The notes under the pieces were generated by a model that saw only the letters and a program-made list of their open reading frames with translations, searched no databases and was not told the DNA's origin. Made by a program: the position numbers and the translations under genes. Shown here one piece after another: positions 23,708 to 31,999 of a DNA stretch of 34,320 nt (within the stretch, counting starts at the first letter, position 1; the number at the start of each line of letters is the position of its first letter). The DNA lies in contig JAVECL010000231.1 in assembly GCA_051942245.1 (NCBI GenBank), forward strand, positions 1 through 34,320, written 5' to 3'. Origin of the DNA: Trypethelium eluteriae. Lineage: Eukaryota.

Positions 23708-24127
23708 ATGAAGTGCTCTTTCTACTTCTCCCTTATTCCACTCCTTTTGCAAGGAGTATGGAGTGCCCCCCTTCAAGCAGACCAGGCAGAAGCCCACGAG
23801 TGGACCGGCGTCACGAGTAAGAGAGACCAAGCTGAGGCGCATGAGTGGACTGGGAACCCTATCAAACGAGATCAGGTGGAAGCTCATGAATGGACTGGCA
23901 TTCCTGCTAAGCGTGACCAGTCTGAAGCTCATGAATGGATTGGTGCTCCTGGGAAACGTGATCAGGCTGAGGCTCATGAGTGGACTGGCAATCCTGCTAA
24001 GCGTGACCAGTCTGAAGCTCACGAGCGGACTGGTAGCATTGACAAGCGTGATCAAGCTGAGGCTCACGAGTGGACTGGTAGCCCTGACAAGCGCGATCAA
24101 GCTGAGGCTCACGAATGGGTTGGCTAA
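23708..24127 (+). CDS. Kex2-processed repeat protein (KEP), putative RiPP precursor, 139 aa
   Basis: Signal-peptide-like MKCSFYFSLIPLLLQGVWSAPLQA, then 7 x 15-aa units each ending in KR and a final 10-aa unit: DQAEAHEWTGVTSKR, DQAEAHEWTGNPIKR, DQVEAHEWTGIPAKR, DQSEAHEWIGAPGKR, DQAEAHEWTGNPAKR, DQSEAHERTGSIDKR, DQAEAHEWTGSPDKR, DQAEAHEWVG*. Head-to-head with a DUF3328 gene. Confidence 0.93.
   Translation: MKCSFYFSLIPLLLQGVWSAPLQADQAEAHEWTGVTSKRDQAEAHEWTGNPIKRDQVEAHEWTGIPAKRDQSEAHEWIGAPGKRDQAEAHEWTGNPAKRDQSEAHERTGSIDKRDQAEAHEWTGSPDKRDQAEAHEWVG
23780..24124 (+). repeat. Coding tandem repeat, 45-bp period, 7 full units plus 1 partial unit
   Basis: Units start at 23780, 23825, 23870, 23915, 23960, 24005, 24050 and 24095. 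Codons for the invariant residues vary mostly synonymously (GAC/GAT, CAC/CAT, GAG/GAA). Confidence 0.97.
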
Positions 24128-24809
24128 ACGAGCGGCAATGCTTGCATGTCCTTTCGTACCGGTGAGTGCACCTTTACTGAACTCACCACTCTCCTATCTA
24201 ATAGCTTTGCAGAAGGCATGAGTCCGTAGAAGAGGATTTGGGGCAGCTATTTTAGTTACTTCGCAATGTCAGTAAATGAATGAGGTGGGGGAGAGGACAT
24301 GGTGTGCGCACACCTGAACATTCTTTATTTCTCTCTCCCTGAGCTTTGTGTTCGTTACCAGTTAGTTAATGGCACTCGCTTGTTCAGCGTACAATTTCTT
24401 GTAATCTTTTGATATGCTTTGTGACATAAGCGGGAAAGATCGACATTCGTTTTGAAGGGGCTCCTGGGAGCCAGGTTGAATGCAAGATGTGGGGGAAAGT
24501 GTACTCTAAATTCAGAGATTTTCGTCTCAGGGAAGGGTTACCTAATCTTTCACTCTAGGTTTCGATAGCCGACAGCACTCCTCCTCTCCGCTATTAGATG
24601 CTAAATCGGGGTTATTGTATGCGGGCTTCGCCTGCAGCAGGGACGCGTATCCTATACCTGGCGCAACACATGGTTTGTGCGTCATTAAAAATTACCTTTT
24701 CCTATAGACTTGCATAATCATCAGCGCTAGCCATTTGCCGCCTCTACATGCTGTAGAGCAGTCACAGTCCGTGCGTTGCCCCATAGCTGGTCGAAAATTG
24801 AGGATAGAG

Positions 24810-24993
24810 TACCTTACGGCGGCTGGGGGTTCCTCAACTGGTAATTAATAGAATGTTACCTCAGTCTAACTGTTATGACCATATTGGACTATGTTAAGGC
24901 GGTGTTAACATGGACTAACAAGGTCATAACAGTAAAGTCGAAATAACATTATATTAATTACCAGTTGAGGAACCCCCCAGCCGCCGTAAGGTA
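24810..24993. mobile_element. Foldback MITE copy A (~180 bp, TA-flanked, Tc1/mariner-pogo-like)
   Basis: TA-CCTTACGGCGGCTGGGGGTTCCTCAACTGGTAATTAATA ... TATTAATTACCAGTTGAGGAACCCCCCAGCCGCCGTAAGG-TA. The ~40-bp TIR has one indel, the interior is also palindromic (ACTGTTATGACC/GGTCATAACAGT), and two more copies lie in the window. Confidence 0.9.
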
Positions 24994-25675
24994 GTCAGGT
25001 AGGAATCTCGACCGGGGTCGATAAGCCTATCAACCTCAGTGCATAACTTCATGCAAAAAATACAGGTCCAGCAAAGCCGAGGATCAATGTGAGCAACGCT
25101 GGTTGGATGACGGGGTGAGATAAGCATGTGCAGGAGCATTTTCGATGTCGAAATGGTCTCATTTGCCAGGATAGCGAGGTTCGCGTAACAGATGTCTCAC
25201 TCTGGAACTGGAAGCCTAACATAAGCAGCCCCATCGATAGTTCCGAGCGTGTTTTTTTACTTTCTCCAGCAGTACCTTGTAGTGTGAGAGTCTCGAGCGC
25301 TTTAGCCAGCACGTTGCCAAGTACAACCCTCAAAAGCGGGATACAGACATTTTCAAGGATGGCCTGCGCGGGACAAACAGATACTGTGAGCCCCTAATGG
25401 TTTCCATATCGTGCATTTGCTTTCACGACCCTCGCTAAAGTCGTAGAGCAGATATTGTATGGTCTCTGACCTTTTTAACCTTATTCAACCTGTTCCACGC
25501 AATTTGGAACTTACCCGCACAATAGGCTGGCGGGGTTAGTTTTGTACGCAGCATCCTGGTCTTCTCAAGCGTCTGAGCTCATTGTGTCATACTCCGAATC
25601 CAGGGAGTCGACCGGGAGCCAGCTTTTCATGTGACTAAAGGACAAGATATTTGCAGGCTCGCACTTGTCCTTATG

Positions 25676-25682
25676 TATAAAA
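25676..25682 (+). promoter_or_regulatory. TATA box of the methyltransferase gene
   Basis: TATAAAA about 60 bp upstream of the ATG at 25744. Confidence 0.45.
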
Positions 25683-25743
25683 GCTTTCAGAGTGAATATT
25701 CACCTACGTTCTCTTCTCCTGATACACTGTTCTTACTTCGAAA

Positions 25744-26667
25744 ATGCAGATTCCAGAAACCTTTTCCAATCAACCGGTTAAGACCGGTTTTGGAGGTGAA
25801 GATTTTGATTGGAAACACTACGATGAGCATCGTCCTACATTTCCAAAAGAACTTTTCGATACTCTGTTCGACTATCATGAAATCTCGCCAACTATACATG
25901 GTTCTGCTGTTGATTGCGGCTGCGGCAGTACCCACGTTACACGACGCTGGGCCAACCAATTTGCTACAGTCCATGCGGTTGATCCAGGTGCGGGTCCGGA
26001 AAGTCATGCACCAGGGTCAGGAAATCTTGTGTTGCATAAGGGGCCTGCAGAAGACCTCTCTTTCCTCGATACTGGTTCTGTAGATATGGTGGTCTCATCC
26101 TGCGCCGCACATTACTTTGACCGGGTAGCCTTCCTTCCGGAAGCGGCCAGAGTGCTCAGATCTGAGGGAACTTTGGCTATCTGGTCATTAGCTCCTACTC
26201 CACACATTGGATCCCGCGACTCGATGGCGACAAAAATCTTCAAGAACTTGTTGCAACATTGCATACCATACCCCGATACGCTGCCGAAAGAAAACATCCA
26301 GGGGTTCAGACTTGGAATATCAGAGGATTATGATTGTTGGGAATTTCCAGCACCGACGTTTGGAGACGTGAGGAGAATATGGTGGAACCGGCCTCAAGAT
26401 TATCCCCCGTTCATCAAGCGGGAGAATGAAGAAAGGATTTTCGATGAGAAGCCAGAGTTTATGAGCAAAGACATGAATGTCGAGCAACTGAGAGAGTATC
26501 AGCATACCCTTTGTAACTTGGAACGTGAATGGATCGTACGGGAAGGCAAACCAGCAGCGGCATACGTACAAGAAGCATGGGATACCCTCGAAACAGAATT
26601 TGGGGGGCCCTCCGGGATACTGCAGGTATTCTGGCCTTGCTTCATGGTTCTAGCGCGACGTAAGTAG
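25744..26667 (+). CDS. Class I SAM-dependent methyltransferase (Methyltransf_11 / Tmt1-Crg1-like), intronless, 307 aa
   Basis: N-terminal YDEHRPTFPKELF, motif I AVDCGCGS, acidic end of beta-2 (HAVDPG), motif II AEDLSFLDTGSVDMVVS, AAHYFD, and motif III AARVLRSEGTLAIW. Confidence 0.9.
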   Translation: MQIPETFSNQPVKTGFGGEDFDWKHYDEHRPTFPKELFDTLFDYHEISPTIHGSAVDCGCGSTHVTRRWANQFATVHAVDPGAGPESHAPGSGNLVLHKGPAEDLSFLDTGSVDMVVSSCAAHYFDRVAFLPEAARVLRSEGTLAIWSLAPTPHIGSRDSMATKIFKNLLQHCIPYPDTLPKENIQGFRLGISEDYDCWEFPAPTFGDVRRIWWNRPQDYPPFIKRENEERIFDEKPEFMSKDMNVEQLREYQHTLCNLEREWIVREGKPAAAYVQEAWDTLETEFGGPSGILQVFWPCFMVLARRK

Positions 26668-26739
26668 CCGTTAGCTGAGCCTCCAATCTTTCTTTTCTTT
26701 CTTGGGAGGTGACCAAAATGTAGCCTACCTACAATTAAC

Positions 26740-26924
26740 TACCTTATCGCGGTTGGGGGGTTCCTCAACTGGTAATTAATGCAATGTTACCTCATTTTAA
26801 CTGTTATGACTATATTAGCTCATGTTAAGGCAGCGTTAACATAGGCCAACAAGCTCACAGCAGTAAAGTTGAAATCAAATTGTATTGATTGCCAGTTGAG
26901 GAGCCCCCCAACCGCGGTAAGGTA
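26740..26924. mobile_element. Foldback MITE copy B (same orientation as A, more diverged)
   Basis: TA-CCTTATCGCGGTTGGGGGGTTCCTCAACTGGTAATTAAT ... GCCAGTTGAGGAGCCCCCCAACCGCGGTAAGG-TA. Alignable to copy A over its full length. Confidence 0.88.
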
Positions 26925-28134
26925 TACATGAACTTCCACTCCACTACACCTGATTCTTTAGCTGTTCATCCTGGAAACTGTCGTAAGAACTTAGCATAGA
27001 TATGTTGATTGATAAGGCAGTATCTTCGGCCTCGATCTGGTAAGTGCAGTCGCCATTCGGTCTACGTCAGCTCACTCATCGCACAGCTGTGGAAGTATTT
27101 AAGTAAAATTGAGGTACAAGACTCCAAAGATGCTTCAACTTCAACCTCAAACCCCTTCGTCACATTCGTCTTGTACTCTAAGTGCAGTAAGTATTGCAGC
27201 GGGATGAGAGCTTAGTCCGCAAGCACTTCACTTCCCCTCTAGCTGGTCGAGCGCTGGCGACCCGGTGTTCTTTTCGACTGTCTTCTCTGCAGTGTGCTGG
27301 GTAATACGGGACTCCTCGGACATGGACGAAAGGGAGGCTGTGATGGAACGGGGATAGCGAGGTCCGGAAAGGATTGTAGATAAGATACCTTTGCGGTATG
27401 GGGCTGTAGCTCAAGTTCCCCATATATAATACAGGTCAGATAGATAGTAGATACCCTCTAGGATAAGATAAAATCGATACGATTGCGAGGTTGGGAAAGA
27501 CAAGAGGGGTTGTAGATGTTTAGACACTGGAGGGTTAGTCAACAAACTTCTCTATGCTCTTATGATACCCTAAGCGGGAATTCATATAGGAGCCGGCACA
27601 ACAGTTGACAAAAAAAAAAAAAACCGGCACCCAGACCGAAGATACAGACCAGACTGCCGAGGAGTGTGCGCTGTACCAAGTTGAAAGTATACACGGCGGG
27701 AAAAGACCGAGTTAATGACATGAGAAAGAGGGGGGGAGGGTTGCCTCGTAGGCGTCGGTAGTTATGCGGTTGGTGGAAATGAGCGAGAGGGAGAGCGAAG
27801 CGTACTAGTAGATCGTGCTATAGGATAAGCGCTCTGGAAATGGAGGCCGAAGTCGAGCTTGATGCTGCGAATAGCGCTGTTGAACCATTGCGCGAGTACG
27901 TCAGAAGGGAATAAAAGATGGGGAAGAAATAAAAGGAGCATCTGCCGCGGCTGACGAGAATGTCCGAAGGACCTTGTCCTTGCTTAAGGTGCCTCCGCGC
28001 ACTGCATAGATGCCAATTCATCTCTCGTACACTGGCAAGATTAAGTCATGAAGGTCTCGGGGCAATTTAACGAATTGGAGCATTTGATCTCGATTGCCTC
28101 AGCTGGCTGGCCAGCTCGCTTCCGGTTGCGAACA

Positions 28135-28318
28135 TCTCTTACGGCGGCTGGGGGGTTCCTCAACAGGTAATTAATACAATGTTATTTCGTCTTTACTGTT
28201 ATGACCTTATTGGTCTATATTAACGCCGCCTTAACATGGGTCAACATGGTCATAAAAGTTAAACTGAGGTAACATTGTATTAATTACCTGTTGAGGAAAC
28301 CCCCACCGCCGTAAGGTA
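28135..28318. mobile_element. Foldback MITE copy C (inverted relative to A and B)
   Basis: CTTACGGCGGCTGGGGGGTTCCTCAACAGGTAATTAATAC ... GTATTAATTACCTGTTGAGGAAACCCCCACCGCCGTAAGG-TA. The central TAACGCCGCCTTAAC is close to the reverse complement of the copy A centre. The left TA is degenerate. Confidence 0.88.
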
Positions 28319-28636
28319 CAATTAAGAGATCCTGCACACGTTGCAGACTGGAAAAGTGGCGAGCTCAGGGCCAGCTCATGCAGCCGCCATGTCTAAGTAT
28401 GTCAACGATCAATCTTTGTGGATAATAACCTAAAGGCGATCCTGGAGACTTCACCCCATTTTGCACGCAGCTATGCGACCTGATCTTATGAGACGCTCAA
28501 ACGTGACTTGGAAAGGAAGACGTACCGGTAGAGATTGGGAGGATCGATGTTGAACATGAATATAGACAATATCAAAGGAAATAATGATACATGTACCGTG
28601 ACAACTTACGGTCGTTTCTTCATCACTCTAATTGCC

Positions 28637-29566
28637 TCACATTGGGTGGCCCTCAGGAGCTGCATTCCAATCTCGCTCGAACGCATGCCAACCTCCAGCC
28701 GGCTCCTCACATAGCTTCAACTCGTGAATGACTAAATGGTACTCCCCATTGGCTGGCAACCGTCCCTGGCATACGTTCCCGGCCATTGCTACGTTGATAA
28801 TAATCTTCCAATCCTCCATTCTTCTCGTGCCTTCCGGGATGCTTGCCTTCATCACCGGTTGCCTGTCGATATACCACACTGCCTGACCACCCTGCCCATT
28901 CTCCGGCTGTTGCCACGCAAAGGCGTATATGTGACCTTGCGGCTGTCCAATGTTCGGCATTTGTGTTTCTTTCACGCGGTGCTTGTTCCAATCCTCTCCG
29001 TTGTAGTGGCCCCAATGGAGGCAGCTGTGGTTCACACAATCGCCGTTCCATGTCTCCATGATATCGACTTCGCCATCGTTGGGCCACGTAAACGGCTGTG
29101 AGGGGAGAAGCCAGAAGGCAGGCCAGACGCCAGAGGCGCATGGTGGGCTGAGGGTCGCGACGAGACAGCCACGTTGGCGTCCAAGCTTCTGGTGACTGAT
29201 AAGTCTTGCACTGGTATACTTTGTTTCGTTTGTAGGGGCCGAGCTATTGACAACGGCCCGAAGGACAAGCTTATGATCGGAGGTGTGGAAGGAATTGGCG
29301 GTGGCCTCTGTATAGTTTTGTGCTTCATTATTGCCCCAGCCATGTTGGCCGCATTCGTGCTGAAAATACTGCGAGACAGGGATCGAGGAATGGAAGTTAG
29401 GTTGCCAGTAAGGCTGGGAGGACGATGAGGGTTTGCTAGACGTGGGAATTGGAGGTGCAGGTCTGCTTGATTGTGGGATGGAGGGTGCATGGCGGCTCTC
29501 CGTGAAGTTCTTGAGCTCTGCCTTGCCACGGTCGAGCAGACCTTCAAGGGAGTGCTTGAACGACAT
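28637..29566 (-). CDS. Glycoside hydrolase family 16 (laminarinase-like) protein without a signal peptide
   Basis: GWGNNEAQNYT, YTSARL, GVWPAFWLL and catalytic EVDIME motifs. First ATG at 29566 (MSFKHSLEG). Confidence 0.9.
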   Translation of the reverse strand: MSFKHSLEGLLDRGKAELKNFTESRHAPSIPQSSRPAPPIPTSSKPSSSSQPYWQPNFHSSIPVSQYFQHECGQHGWGNNEAQNYTEATANSFHTSDHKLVLRAVVNSSAPTNETKYTSARLISHQKLGRQRGCLVATLSPPCASGVWPAFWLLPSQPFTWPNDGEVDIMETWNGDCVNHSCLHWGHYNGEDWNKHRVKETQMPNIGQPQGHIYAFAWQQPENGQGGQAVWYIDRQPVMKASIPEGTRRMEDWKIIINVAMAGNVCQGRLPANGEYHLVIHELKLCEEPAGGWHAFERDWNAAPEGHPM

Positions 29567-29897
29567 TGTAGTTGGGCTCAATAACTAAATGACTGAACAG
29601 ACAAAACAACGACGAGACGCGTGAAGTCGTGAATAAAGTAGATACTCTAACGAATGGAACTTAAGTCAGCTAATCAAGCTCAAGGCATTCAAATCTCGCC
29701 GCCAATAGTTGTCTAATGCATAATATGTATGAAGTCGAGGTAACTGGGTATTGAAGATGTTCGGCGAAGGTGGTGATGAATGTCAGAATGCAAACAGGAA
29801 CAAACATGAGTCGCCGGCTTCATGGATAAATTACCCGCACCACCAGTGCCATGTCAAACAATCTTGCCAAGCGCCTTTACCTGACTCTGTCTCGACC

Positions 29898-31554
29898 ATG
29901 GCTGATCAACAGATAGACCCGTGGTCGGTGCAGGCAGGGACGGATGAGCAAGGAAATACACTTGAATTCGACTATGTCGCGATTTCGCAGTGCGTGGTTC
30001 TGCCGCTAGATGACCCTCGCCTTCCTCGAGGTTAACGTATCCTTATTAGGAAGTGGAATACCAAATTAATAGACCAAAATCTTCTGGAGCGTTTCGAAAA
30101 GGTCACCGGAAAAAAACCGCATCGTTGGTTGAGACGGGGCCTTTTTTTCAGCCATCGGGATTTCGATCGAATACTCGATAGTTACGAACGTGGTGATCGA
30201 TTTTTCCTCTACACTGGTCGTGGTCCAAGTAGCGGGAGCATGCACATCGGGCACACTATTCCGTTCGAATTCACTCGTTGGCTCCAAGATGTCTTTGACG
30301 TCCCCCTGGTCATAATGCTGACCGATGATGAAAAGGCCCTCTTCAGGGAGAAGCTCACATTTGAAGAAGTCATGCAATACAGCCGGGACAATGCAAGAGA
30401 TATCATTGCCATGGGATTTGACGTCGAGAAGACTTTCATCTACAGTGACCTCAAGTATCTCGGCGGCCATTTCCTCCTCAACGCCTGGGAATTCTCAAAG
30501 CTGGTTACCTTTAACCAAGTGCGCGGTGCTTTTGGCTTCAACGAGAGGTATGACAAACTAGTTAAGCGTAGAACTCCTGTCGAAGAGCTTGCTTTTAGAA
30601 CACGTCATGCTCCTTACACCAATAAACAAGTACCTTCCCTGCGAATTGCACTGGGAAGCAATGAATGTAAAAAGCCAAGTCATAATACTAACACCCATTC
30701 TATCCTATAGTACTAGCATAGGTCGATGCTTCTTCCCCTCCCTCCAGTGCGTTGCTGCTTTCGCAACGTCGTATCCCGAGATTTGGGGGGATGATCCCGA
30801 TGGCGACCTCCGCTCGAAGCAAACCGCCAAGATACCATGCCTTATTCCAATGGCCATAGACCAAGACCCTTATTTCAGACTTGTTCGTGATAACTCCCAC
30901 AGGATGCGTTTTCCGTCACCAAAACCTGCAATTATCCATTCCAAGTTCTTGACTGCACTGCAAGGTCCAGGTGGGAAGATGTCAGCTTCGAACCCCAACT
31001 CCGCTATTTTCATGAGTGATACGCCAAATCAAATAAAGGTAGGCGTTCTTTGGTGCAATTTATGGCTTTTGCGCTCTTCCTGAAAGGGGGAATTGGGCTA
31101 AATGTGTATCAGAACAAAATCAATCGACACGCATTCAGTGGTGGCAAAGAGACCATTGAGGAGCACCGGAAGTATGGAGGAAACCCTGACGTTGACGTCG
31201 CCTATGTATATCCCTCAGCTCTTCAAAGCTACAGTTAGCATCTCACTAATGTTGCAAAACCAGCAATATCTAACCTATTTCGAGGACGACGACGAAAAGC
31301 TGAAGAAGATATACGACGAGTACAAATCCGGCACTCTCGCGACAGGCGATTTGAAGAAGGAGTGCATTGCATTGATGCAGGGATATGTCAAAGTATTCCA
31401 AGAACGGAGGAATGCAGTGACTGATGAGGTGCTGCAACAGTATATGAAGCCGAGGAAGCTAGAATGGAAGGGGAACCCGAATCCGGTGAAGTTAGCGGGA
31501 ACGTCGGAGGCAAAGCCAGAAGCCAACCCGATGAAGGTGGCGAATAAGGACTAA
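29898..31554 (+). CDS. Cytoplasmic-type tryptophanyl-tRNA synthetase. Exons 29898-29989, 30050-30547, 30711-31038, 31113-31205, 31264-31554
   Basis: [13 protein letters not shown] (SMHIGH), [26 protein letters not shown] and [10 protein letters not shown] motifs, joined by four GT-AG introns that preserve frame. Confidence 0.95.
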
Positions 31555-31999
31555 GCATTTCGAAATCAGCCTCTCAGAAGATCGCATATTTCCTATATCC
31601 GCAGGCCTCGATGAAGCTAGGTAGGAATCAGCCCGTACAAGGCTGGCTTTCGAGCTTGAGCTCTTCGAAACTGCGATGTACTATGGTTAATTCGCTATGG
31701 AATTCACTGGAGTCTTGAAAATGATGCCAGAAGTGGGTTGTCATCGGAAATCATCCCAAGTCAGGCGATGACCATTGATCATATTGACTAAGTGAAGCTA
31801 CCATAGTCTGCTGAGAGATAGATGAGGTTGCATGCGAGCTACTCTGACACTGTGTATTTTTAGTAGACGTCAGTGATTACAGTAGCCTTGAGACACAAGC
31901 AGGCAAACAGGGCCATCATCTGCTTCATTTGCCGCTAGGTCGTCTTTATGTTGTTTTGGACCAGCCACTTACCATATCAATCATTAGTCTTTCCCAGCT

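Noticed and set aside
23780..24124. CRISPR-like array (regular 45-bp period with variable segments)
   Set aside because: The DNA is eukaryotic, the repeats are in-frame coding units with synonymous variation, and there are no cas genes.
23708..24127. Alpha-type mating pheromone precursor (signal peptide, KR sites, EA dipeptides)
   Set aside because: Pezizomycotina alpha-pheromones usually have Cys-containing WC..GQ.CW-like units, and these repeats have no Cys. The DQAEA spacer is out of register for Ste13 X-A trimming, and the adjacent DUF3328 favours a RiPP precursor.
27009..28021. Short ORFs, an A run (~27610) and a G/GA-rich tract between MITEs B and C
   Set aside because: No recognisable product, and no target-site duplication to support a retroposed element.
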